Below, in pieces: positions 11,845 to 23,068 of a stretch of DNA of 41,708 nt. Every line of letters begins with the position of its first letter. Position 1 is the first letter of the stretch. The stretch lies in the NCBI GenBank assembly GCA_016748015.1, contig JAAOMT010000436.1:9667-51374 (forward strand), written 5' to 3'. The position numbers were made by a program, and so were the translations under genes. The notes beneath the pieces are model-generated. The model ran no database searches. It saw only the letters and a program-made list of their open reading frames with translations, and was not told the DNA's origin. Source of the DNA: Geosiphon pyriformis uo1 (taxonomy: Eukaryota; Fungi; Glomeromycota).

Positions 11845-12754
11845 TGTTATAAGTGATTATTTGGAATCTTAAAGCAAATAACAAACTCATAACTTGGTGT
11901 TTAATAGTTAATACAATAGTGATATTTGAAGATTATAGTAATTTGAAGGTTTTGGTTAAGTTCTTTATATAATAAACAAAGATTCAATAGTTGTTTTCAA
12001 TAGCCTCTTGGAATCGTAATTCTGTTAAATTTTTTTCTTAGCATAGTAGCCAGTAATTTTTCTAGTAAGCTATTCTTGATTTTGTGAGTGTTCTATTTTT
12101 GTTTTACAGGTCTTTTACCAGTCTTTTTAATGTCAATAATTCCACATGTTGATCTTTAATTAATTAATAAACAATAAAACAAATAAAAATAAAATAAAAT
12201 AAAAGAAAATGAAAAAATTAGTCTAAGACAATTAAGTTAGTATTCTATTAATAACCATAATCAAGAACTATTGTTTTAGTATTATTAAGTATTGACAGCT
12301 ATCAACATAAAGTATTAATAGTTAAAGTTTGATAAATATTTTTTAATCAAGTAATAACAACATGAATTAGATGTAGATAAGTATTTTATTGATAATTTGA
12401 TAATTTTACTTCAAATATAGACTATTTTTGAAGTGATTAAGGAATAAATAAATAAAAAGTCTAAACTAAGAGATTTGTTTTTTTTGCTTTTAATAATACT
12501 ACTATATATACATATTTGAGATTTCTCAATTCCTTAATTTTTCCTACCAAGAATCCTAGAATTTTTGGAATCCTATAATTCTTCAAAAAAAATCTTGGAA
12601 TTCTAAAATTCTGCAATTTCTCATATAAGAATCCTGTAATTTCTGAAATTCTGTAATTCCTTTAAAAAGAATTCTGAAATTCTTTATTTTATTATATCTA
12701 CTTCTAATTGGCTAATTTATATACTAATATGATTTTTATATTTTATAAGTAATA
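11845..12754 (-). repeat. 3' LTR of Gypsy A
   Basis: Colinear with 20924-21814. Confidence 0.92.
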
Positions 12755-12770
12755 TTATTTTCTTTTTTTA
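12755..12770 (-). promoter_or_regulatory. Decayed polypurine tract of Gypsy A
   Basis: Minus strand reads AAAAAAAGAAAATAA abutting the 3' LTR, in the position equivalent to GGAGAGGATGA in Gypsy B. Confidence 0.55.
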
Positions 12771-12779
12771 ATATTAAGC

Positions 12780-13400
12780 TCTATTGAGATCTCCTAACTC
12801 TTCTAACTCTTTAAATTGGATTATATTTTGAACTTTTTTTTTAGAATTATTTGTGTTATTCTGAACTGTAATTTTTCAAATTAAATATTGATTATTTTAC
12901 CTATTTGATTAGTGGTAACTATATCTATTTCTGGATTAAGTAGTATTTTTGATCAGTCTTGGAATCTAACATGTAATCAATAGATGGCTTAAACTTGTGT
13001 TGTTAAATTGTTTTTTTTTCACAAATTGCTCAAGTTGCTGTAGTATTATTGTGTTGAATAATTATTTTGTTTTATTTATATATAAGTTCAAAATATTCAG
13101 ATGTTGTCCCAAATGGAAATAACAAAAGTTTCTTGGAAATTGATGTATCTACTAATTCTAAGTTTCTTTGGTCAATTCTTAGTATGATGTAAATTTTGTT
13201 TGTATTTCTATGGCCAACTTTATTTTTGTAATTATTTTGTTGATAGTGTTCTCTGATTTTCTCTGTATTTTGTTTTGGTATCTCTTTTTTGTATCTTTAT
13301 ATCAAATAGTTTGTTGGTTAATTGTGATTTCCATATTTTGTTGTTGAATTAATTGAAAAAGTTGTTGTGCCAGTGCATGAATATTGTTAGTAATTTCCAT
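12780..13400 (-). pseudogene. Accessory ORF of Gypsy A (unknown helical protein)
   Basis: ATG at 13400 (MEITNNIHALAQQLF...), CYFHLGQHL and FEKL. One frameshift in a 9-A run. Similar to the region 37300-37700 of Gypsy B. Confidence 0.6.
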
Positions 13401-13574
13401 TTTTTTTGATATCTTTTGTTATGTGCTAATTCTTTATATAGAGTTTTGATATCTCAATTTAACATATTTATGTTGATAATTATTATTGGTTCTAAATCTC
13501 ATAAAATCTCTTTTGGTTGAACTAATATTTTTTGTACTCCCAATTGTGAAATATTATTGGTCAATAATGATGTT

Positions 13575-14832
13575 ATACTATAATATAGTTTTAGTTGATT
13601 ACTATGTACTGCTTTAGCTAAAATTTTGTTGTTTTATCTTAATTTATATGCTCTATTTTCTAGAATTTTTTTTATGTAAAATGGTCTGTCTCATTTGGAG
13701 TCAAATTTTTCACTCTATTGTTTTTCTACTTTGGTACAATATAAAAATACTTTGTCTCCAATTTTGAATTTAACTGATTTATCTGATAATTGGTTATTGT
13801 GTTTTTCTTTTTGTTTTTATTGTGACTTTTAAATGTTATCAGCTGCTCTTCACCATTTGTTTTCTAGTGTTTCCATCAAGTTATATGTTCTTCTTAACAA
13901 TGTTTCTTGGAAATTTTCTTCTGTTATTGGTTCTATTAAATATGCTTTGACTTTTATTTTGACTAATATTGTTGCTGTTTTACCATATACTAATTCAAAT
14001 AGTATAGTTTATATAATGTCTTGCTTTATTGTTCAATAAGCAAATAATATAAATGGTATAAACAAATTCTATTTGTCCTGGTTTTTTTGACTGATTTTTG
14101 CAATTGCTTTACACAGTATTCTATTGAATCTTTCAATTAAGCTATTGGTTTATAGATGGTATAGTAATAATAGTAGTTGTTTAATTCCAGATTTTTGACT
14201 TAATTCTGCCAATGTTCTGTTTACAAGATAGGTTTCTTGGTTTGATAACAATTTTTTTGGACATCCATATCAACATATTAAGTTATGATGAATGAATTTG
14301 ATTATGGATTCTGCATCTGCTTTTTAAATTGCTTTTGCTTTTAGCCATTTTGTAAGATAGTCCATAGCTACTGCAATATATTTTTTTTCTCTGCTGGTGA
14401 TTATTAGGGGTCCAACTAAGATTCTAATGCAATCAAATAGTTGTCCTACTTTAATTGGTCTCAATGGCTTGCTGGGTTTTGTTTCTCCTCTTTTTTGACA
14501 AGTATCACAATTTTAAATGTATTAAATGATGTCTAAATACATTGATAGCCAATAGTATCTTTTTCTGGTTTTTTCTATGGTTGCTTTTTTATGAAAATGT
14601 TTTGTTATTAAATCTGAATGCATATTGAATAGTATTGTTTCTTTTTCTGGTTTTGTGATTACTCTGAATGATTGGTTTGGATCTTTTCTGTTTTTTTAAT
14701 ATAATATATTTTAGTGGTTGATAAAATATTTGGATTGTTGTTTTATGTTGTTCCTTTTTTTGGAGATAATTTTTTTTTAAACTGCTGAGTATTAATATAG
14801 TGTTAAAGTTGTTAATATTTTTGTGTATTCAT
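13575..14832 (-). pseudogene. Gypsy A integrase (HHCC, DDE core, GPF/Y-type C-terminus)
   Basis: Minus strand reads MNTQKY..., H..HF...CDTCQKRG, LVGPL, VAMDYLTK, LSNQETY, LIERFNR, HSNQLKLY. Confidence 0.88.
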
Positions 14833-14858
14833 TTTTTTGTTACATTTTTGGAATAATT

Positions 14859-16160
14859 TTAAATTTGTCTTATTCGTGACAATCATCAGTATTTCTGTTT
14901 TTTTTTCCCTTTTTGTAATATACTGTATATTTAAATAGTGCAAGTTCTATTTTCCATCTTACATAATAATTGTTTCTAAATTTTTGCTTTTGGATTGATG
15001 TCAATTTTTTGTGATCCATATATATGTCAAATTTTTGGTTTAAGTATTTCTTTTATTTTATAACTGCCCAATAAATAGCTAAGTATTCCAATGCTGATGT
15101 TTTATAGTTTTTTTCAGCTGGACTTAAGCTGCAACTAGCATATATTACTGAATATTCTTTTCTATTTGATTTTTTCTGAGATAATATTGTTCTCAATACT
15201 TGGTCTAATACATCAGTGATAATAATGAATAGTTTGCTATGATCTGGATAGATTAATACTGGCACTTGGATAAGTTTTTTTCTTAGTATATTGAAAGCTT
15301 TTTACTGGATTTTTGTTTATTCATATTTCATATTTTTGGCTTGGAGCTAGTGAAGTAGTTGAGCTATTTTTAAGAAGTTTTAAATAAAATGGTAGTAATA
15401 TCCAGCAAATCCCAAAAATGCTTATAGTTCCATTAAATTTGTTGGTACTAAAAAGTTCTTTACTATTTCGATCTTGTCTGGATCTGTCTTGATTCTATCT
15501 TTGCTTATAACATGTTCTAAAAATTTCAATTCTGTTTTGCCAAAGAAGCATTTGGTCATATTTAACTTTAGTTTTATTCGTTTTAGTCTTTCAAACACTT
15601 GTTGTAAATAATGAATATGATTATTAAATGTTTTTAAGAATATGTTGGTGTCATTTAAGTAGACTATTACTGATTTCTATAGCAGTCTAGTATAAACAAT
15701 TTTCATAAGCCATTGGAATGTGACTGGTGCATTAACCAAGCCAAATAGTATTACTTTGAATTCAAAATTTTTTTCTCTAATTGTAAAAACAGTCTTCTCT
15801 TTATTTTTTAGTTTCATGGCTATTTGCTAATAACCACTATTTAGATTCAATATTAAGAACCATTTTTTTCCTCTAAAAGCATCAAATAATTTTTAAATAC
15901 ATAAAGTAAGATAATTGTCTCCATGAGTTACTTCATTGAGTTTTCTGTAATTCACACAAAAGTGGATTTTTTCATTCTTCTTACAGACTAGTACTACTGA
16001 TGATAACTATGAACTCATTAATAGTTGAATTAACTGATTATCTAACATCTAATTTATTTCCTGTCAGATGATTTTATGACTTGCTAATAATACTCTGTAT
16101 GCTCTTTGTTTGATTGGCATTGTATCTTCTGTCTTAATCTAGTATTGAATAATGTCTATT
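14859..16160 (-). pseudogene. Gypsy A reverse transcriptase and RNase H
   Basis: PIKQRAYRV, FCVNYRKLN, FGLVNAPVTFQ, VYLND (YLDD), FLGFAGYY; RNase H ITD, ALEYLAIYWA, ending LSRIRQI*. Confidence 0.92.
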
Positions 16161-16691
16161 CTGCCAAATCCATTTTTACTGGCAAAAATATTAGTGAAAT
16201 TATTAAGTAGTATTTTGAGTTGCATATGTTGTAGTGGGTCTAAATTTCGCAAGTTTATTTGTTTCAATTGTTCTGGCTGGAACAAATAATATTTTTTTTG
16301 TCTATATATTGTTTGTAATGTAATATCCACATATTTGCATAGTTGTGAAAAATTTGAAATGGTGTTTGGCAATTGGTCTTTTACTTTAGTGCTTAAATAT
16401 CTGATGGTGGTTTTTTTTGGTATTTCAATAATGTCTTCCATTGTATTGTGAATAGGCATTTTGATGTGTTTTGGGTTTTTGGCTGGTATGTAAAGATTAG
16501 TAGATCCAATCTTTCTGGATTTACAGATAGTAGTTTCAACTTCAAAAATTTGAGCTTGATTCTTTACTTTTTTTTTTATGGCTAATATGTACTAGTTATA
16601 TGGCAGAATGAAAATTAATTAATAGATAGAAATAATTTCTCTTTTGTTAATAGTTTCTTTCTTTATTATGTTGACTGGTATATCTATTCTA

Positions 16692-17083
16692 CTCGTGGAT
16701 CCAAATCCACTTATTCCTCTTGCTGTCATCTTTAATTCTTTCCTGTTTTCTATTAGTATTAACTAAGTTATTTTAACCAGAGGCAGAAATATTGTCTGTG
16801 CTATTTTTTTGTTTGGCTTTATAATATAGGTCTTTTCTGAGTTATTTTGTAGCATTGCAATAATATTTTCTACATATTCTGCATCAATTATTTCTCCTTT
16901 AATATTAATCTTTTTTTTTGTTAAACTATTCTTTAATGCTAGTTGAACCATTGTTGTTGTTGAGATTTTCAGTGCTACTTTCAGATTAATACAGATACAT
17001 AAATGTGGTTTCAATTTAATGGCCTCTTTTTTGAAATATCTCAAATCAAACTCTGTATCAATATTATGTGCACATTCTAGCAT
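16692..17083 (-). pseudogene. dut: dUTPase domain of Gypsy A
   Basis: All five trimeric dUTPase motifs in order, partly decayed: TEFDL (AGFDL), KNS (RSS), GEIIDAEYVEN (GxIDxxYxG), KIAQ, and ARGISGFGST at ~16692-16722. Confidence 0.92.
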
Positions 17084-18239
17084 AATATTTTCATTATTAT
17101 TGCTGAATCATTTGAGTTCTTGCTTCTTAAAAAGATCAAAGAGCACAATGTATTGTTTGGAGTTTAAATCAAAGTTTAAATTGTCATTATTATTATTGCC
17201 ATTTTGAATGGAACTGGAATTGTTATTGTCGTTATTATTGTCAGAGTTTGAATCAAGATTAAATGTTGATTCTAATTCCAATGCACAGCTGTTGATTGGT
17301 TCTTTTTTTTTGGAATCATGTAGATTATGTGTAATAGTGGATTGTAAACAACATCACAATTATTACAATACTTAAAGTTATTGGAAATGAGACAATATTT
17401 GTAGAGTTTGTATTTAATTGTTCTAACTGCTGTTTTTGCTCTTTTCTGGTGGGTGCTAATTTTTGGTAGTGTTTGTGAAATTGTTTTGGGTTCATGAGAT
17501 CTAAGACAACATCGAAATTTGGAGTCCAATCAAATTTAATGGGTTTAGGTGAGTTGTTTTTAATTTGTTTTATTTTTTCTGATAACATGCCTTCAATTTT
17601 GGCAAGAATTATTTGCCATATTTTATCATTATTGTGTGAACAATTATCTAATTGTTTTACTGCTTTTCTTTAGACAGTGTCTATTGGCATTTCTTTTCTT
17701 ACTTAATCACTAATTAAAATCATGTATTGGCACAATTTGTTACACATTCTTCCTTGTCCCAAAATGGCATTCCATATTTTTTTGTCTAAAAAAGTCTCCT
17801 CACAAGTGAGGCATGTTTTGTTGTCTCATTTTCTTTGTCTCTTGGGTTATCTAAAGCATTCAAAAATGCATAGATAACAGTAATATTTTGTTACTGTTGG
17901 TTATTCTTTATCATTATCACAACATGTACCCATTATCAACAATTTTTTGTCACAATTAATGTATATTAGTTTGGGTCAATGGTAGGTTGAATTGGAGTGA
18001 CTGGTAGTGTATAGAGTATAAGTAAAAGTTATTGCTTGAGAATTTTTTTTCTCTTTTTTTTTCCCTTTTCTTTTTTTCTCTCATGTAGGCACTAGTAATA
18101 AGTTGTTGTAATTCTTGTCAGCTCATAAGACTTGGTAGGCTTTCTAGATAGATTTTTTTTTTTCTTTCAAATCAATTAGTGGGCTTAAGTAATGTTAGCT
18201 GATCTAAAATAACCACATATGACTGGTACTCAAATGTAC

Positions 18240-18590
18240 TAACTATTTTGGCTGAATTGCAATTCCTAAATGGTTTAATTAAGCACAGTGTTTGTCTTAA
18301 ACAACTAGTTATTACCAATTAAAGCTTGATACTGAGTGGCTTCCATAACAAGAACTTTGATTGGTACACTAATGCTGTTAATTTCAAACAGGAAGTCATC
18401 TATTTCGTCAATTGGAGTTTTCTTCACTCCATCAGCAGTAATAATTTAAATTCCAGCAGTATAATCAATTCAATGACTTAATTGGTTCATGAATTATTAT
18501 GTAATAATGCTGTCTGCTAATCTGCTGTCTAAAATTAATTTGATGGGATGGTCATCAACTTTGGTGTCAGTATATATTGCAGTGATAAGT
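18240..18590 (-). pseudogene. Gypsy A aspartic protease
   Basis: AIYTDTKVDDHPIKLILDSRLADSII (ILDSG motif) with downstream ALIGN (LxG motif). Confidence 0.85.
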
Positions 18591-19169
18591 TTGGTATTGA
18601 GAGCAGCTTTACTAAAAAGTGACATAGTTGATTCCTTAAGTTTGAAGAAAAAGATGGCTGTTAGTGATTTGTCTTCAGTAATGGTTGCTGAAGATATATT
18701 ATTAGTAAGTGGCTTTTGGTTGGCTTTCTGGTTGTTGGATCCAATATTTTTTGGAGTAATCAGGAGACTTAAATTGTTCTGGAAATTCAGGTTTTGAATA
18801 TATCTAGTTTTCGAATTTTGCTATTATGATCCTAATAATTGGGTTAAGAAACTGAGGATCAGTTGGTATATGACTATTATCAATCTCCAGTTTTGTTAGA
18901 TATGAGTAATTTTTAGCTTTTGGGTTCTAATAACTAATTAAGCTGAGTTTAATGGCAGTATTTGAATTGGTGGAGTCTGATAAATTATTTGTAACTGCAG
19001 TAATTAATAGATTATGAGTGCTAGTGCCTAATAGATTGGAAATAAGTATAATTGTTGCATTATTGATAGGTAATATTGTTGATATTGATCTTGATTTGGG
19101 TAATGGTTTGAAGTTTGAAATTGGCAATCAGAGTTTTAATATTGGCTTTCTGATTGTTAGTTATTTAAT

Positions 19170-20860
19170 CTTAATTGGCAATCTATTCTTAAGTGTATCT
19201 GTTTACTACAGTAGTAGCAGGCATGTGTTTTTTTGCTACCACAGCTGATTTGTTGATGACAATAGACATAACTAATTTTGAAAACAATTTAAGTTTCCTA
19301 AGTTATTGTATCACTGTGGTGGTTAATAAATTGCTTAATTGTTAGCTAAGTATTTTTCAATTTTTTGGTTAATAGAATCACTAAATTGTTTCACTTTGGA
19401 ATCCAAGTTAGATGATTTGTTTATTACTAAATTGATGGCTTGGGTGTGATTAGTTTTGAGTTCAGCTGTTTTAAAATCTCTGGCATGAATGACTGCAGTA
19501 TAAAGGTCTGCTGAAAACAATGAACATACTCATTAGAGGATGCTACTGTATAGACCATAGATAAACTGGTTCAAAATTTGTGGTGCTGTGAAATAGTTGG
19601 CATTAATTGCTCGGATCTAATCCAGATTTCTATGAATACATTCCAAGTAAGTGGTAACTACTTTAGCATCTCCTTGTTTTATGATGGTAAAAGTATTGGC
19701 CAAGTGATTGATACTGTTATTATTATTAAAATATCTTAGAAACTCAAGTTTAAAGACATTAAAGTTTTGGGATTTATTTGCCAAGTTCTGATACCATAAA
19801 TCAGCAGTATTCTGTAAAAAATATGGAATTGTTTATAATGCTTTAGCATTATTTCATCCATTGGCTGTGATGGCTTTTTTTACATTATTGAGCCATACTT
19901 GGGTGTCATTTTTCTTGCCAGTAAATTTTTCTATTTTGGCAATTGGGACATATGCTATTGGTATAATCGGTTGTTGGAACTGTTAAAGTTGTTGTTGTAA
20001 TTGTGGTTGTGACTATTGAAGTGGTTTGACAATTGGTTCAATTAGTGGTTGATTAATTACAATTACTGAAAATAAGTGTTGATTAATAGTATCAGAGTTG
20101 AGATCATTCTGATTTTGCTAAGTTTGAATATTCAGAGTTTTAATTTCTGGGTTTTCTACAATCAGGTTTTGATAATTAAATTCTTAATTGTTATCTTTCT
20201 TTTCTTCTGGTTTCAATACTTTCTAAGAACTTGTGGTTCTAAAATTTGGTTGAGGTAATGGTAATCAAAATTCTGATGGTGTTGGTAATCATGATTTGAA
20301 TTTTTCAAAGTAATCACCATAGGTTCCTAATAATTCTGTTTTCTTTTGTTTACTTTGGAATAAAAGTTAAGTTAATGATAATTTCACATTTAATGTTGAT
20401 ACATTTGCTGATGAGATGTTGATAACACTTCCAGATATATAATAGTATGATGAATTGATTGGTGACTTGACTCTGGTTTTTTTCCAAATGAATAGTTGTA
20501 TTCCTTTAGGTGTTACTGTTGGTATTTGTAGTTTTCTTTTGTTTTTGTCCATATAGGTAATAGAAAATTGTCATTGAATGTATCTCTCAATTTTATGATT
20601 GATTTCATAAATAATTGGTGCAAAATTGTAATTTTGTGATAAGCTAGTATGTTGAATTAATTTGTATAAAAATTTTCTCTTGCTGTTTCAATATCAACTA
20701 GTCCTTCTAGAAAATCTTTGATTCTTTCATTAACATAAAAGTTGAAGGCTGATTCTGCTAAATAATGATTGTTGTTTAATCTCAAATATTGGTCATAGCA
20801 TTGAAATAAAAATTGGGCAAATTTTAAATGATTTGTTTTTATTATTTCTGATTCTGTCAC
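19170..20860 (-). pseudogene. Gypsy A gag (capsid plus CCHC)
   Basis: PIAKIEKFTG...WLNNV.KAITANG, YFLQNTADLWY, NQFIYGL; knuckle CYYCSKQIHLRIDC at ~19178-19219. Confidence 0.85.
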
Positions 20861-20907
20861 TTTTAACTGATTGTGTATTGGTACTGGTTTTCTGTAAGAT
20901 TATATTT

Positions 20908-20921
20908 TACAGAAAGCACCA
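20908..20921 (-). promoter_or_regulatory. Primer-binding site of Gypsy A (TGGTGCTTTCTGT)
   Basis: TGG-starting motif 2 nt from the 5' LTR end, matching the Gypsy B PBS after C>T decay. Confidence 0.75.
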
Positions 20922-20923
20922 AA

Positions 20924-21814
20924 TGTTACAAATAATTATTTGGGGTCTTAAAGCAAATAGCAAACTCATAATTTGGTGCTTAATAGCTGATATAATAATA
21001 ATATCTAAAGATTATAGTGATTTGAAGGTTTTGGTTGAGTTCTTTTTATAATAGACAAAGATTCAATAATTGTTTACAGTAGCCTTTTGAAATTGTAATT
21101 TCATCAAATTTTTTTCTTAGCATGATAACCAGTAATCTTCTTGGTAAGCTATTCTCAATTCTGTGAGTGTTTTACTCTTGTTTCACAGGTTTTTTATCAG
21201 TCTCTTTGATGTTAATAATTCTATGTATTGATTCTTAATCAATTAGTAAACAATAAAACAAATGAAAGAAAATAAAAGATAATAAAAAAATTAATTCAAA
21301 GCAATTAAGTTAGTATTCTGTCAATAGCTGTGATCAAGAGCTATTGTTCTAGTGTTATTAAGTATCAGTAGCTATCAATATGAAATGTTAATAATTAGAG
21401 TTTGATGAATATTTCTTAATTAAGTAATAACAATATGAATTGAATATAGATAAGTATTTTATTGATAATTTGATGATTTTATTTCAGTGAATATAAACTA
21501 TTCTTGAAGTAATTAAGGAATAAATAAGAAAAAAAGTTTAAACTAAGAGGTTTGTTTTTTTTGCTTTTAACACTATTGCTATATATATATATTTAAGATT
21601 CCTTAATTCCTCAATTTTTTTTACCAAAAATTCTGGAATTTTTGGAATCTTGCAATTTCTTAAGAGGAATCCTGGAATTCTGGAATCCTATAATTCTTCA
21701 TATAAGAATCTTGTAATTTTTTTAAAAAAAATTCTGGAATTTTTTATTTTACTATGTTTACTTTTGATTGGCTAATTTATATACTAATATGATTTTTATA
21801 TTTTATGAATAACA
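20924..21814 (-). repeat. 5' LTR of Gypsy A
   Basis: TGTTA...TAACA inverted termini; colinear with 11845-12754. Confidence 0.93.
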
Positions 21815-23020
21815 CCAATCACAGCACAGTGAATCCAATTGTCAGTATTAAGTAATTAATTGATAATGTATGTTTACTACCAACTTCTTCCAAAAAAGTG
21901 CCCAAATAATAAGCAGTTGTTTCTATAAACAAAGTAAACAACAAAGTCTTGAATTAATCTTTGGATGTCCAGATATTACAATCTCCTACAGCCATAGTCT
22001 CATACACTGAATTTTTTCTAATTAAGAAGAATCATTTAGCAGCCAACTATTAAGCCTAATTTAATTTGGCAAATTTTACTACAGTTTTCTGTCACATTTT
22101 AATCAACTGAATTTTAATCGACTTAATTTTACCAAATTCAGATATTGCAGTGACAATCATTTTCTTTGGCATATCTATGAGAATTTTTTTGATGACTACA
22201 GCCTGATTTAAATGTATTTCTTGTTTTTTAACATTGACATTTACAATAATCTCATTCTCTTCAGCCAATAAAATAGTTTTTATTATGCTGATTTTTGAAG
22301 TGAAGATAAATCTAATAATCTCTTTAAATTTTAAGGGAGTAGTGACCCTCCCAAAACCATTAATTAAAGAAAACAATTTTTTAACAGCCTGTGTTTTTGC
22401 CATAACAGATTTTTCTTTTATAGCACTAAGATTGATATCAAGAACAAAGAATTTGTTGATGGATACTTCAACCTGAGTTTTGAAAATTTTAGAATCAACC
22501 TACTTTCTATTAAAAAATATTTTAAGAGGAGAAGAGAAGAGATTACCATCTTTATCTATGCCATAATCAATTAAACTAAGAAGAAAGTCACAAATCAGAC
22601 CAGTATTAATTCTTTTAACTTTAGGGGTGTTTACTGCCAAACCAAAAAAAAAACTATTATCAACACCAAATAAAACATTATTATCTCTATTATTACTAGA
22701 AACATTGTTCATATTCGAATAAACACCATCACTATAACTAGATTTAACCAGAAAAATATTTTTTTAATCTTTAAAATGCTTAATATTACCAACTGAAACT
22801 TTTTTCTTTTAGAAAAAAATACCACCAACTAAACCATGAAGAGCATCTTTTGGAGTCTTTTTCTTAAACATACTGCTATTTGAAGCAGCTTTCAAGTCCA
22901 TTACAAAAGAATTATTAGCTTAAGAAATGTTGAAAATAATAAAACAAGTAAGATAAAAAACAAAAACTTCTTTTTCAAAAAATTGTTCTTTGAAGAATTT
23001 GAACAAAGAAGAAAAAAAAG
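21815..23020 (-). mobile_element. Old LINE 5' UTR plus N-terminal ORF1 (host of Gypsy A)
   Basis: ATG at 22901 (MDLKAASNS), TPKVKRIN and AVVIKKILIDMPKKMI; 5' end homologous to 3319-3400. Confidence 0.9.
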
Positions 23021-23068
23021 TTTTTTTTATATTAATACTTTATATTTTTTACAAAATTATTAATAAAC

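Larger units (their letters stand above)
11845..21814 (-). mobile_element. Ty3/Gypsy LTR retrotransposon A (gag-PR-Cys insert-dUTPase-RT-RNaseH, IN, accessory ORF), degenerate
   Basis: Paired ~0.9-kb LTRs with TG..CA termini, PBS, purine tract and PR-RT-RH-IN order. Interrupts LINE ORF1 at AVIG|FES with a decayed 4-bp TSD (TTGA/CCAA, both derivable from CCGA). Confidence 0.95.

Noticed and set aside
12540-12690. CRISPR-like array
   Set aside because: Short degenerate tandem units with no unique spacers, inside an LTR, and no cas genes.
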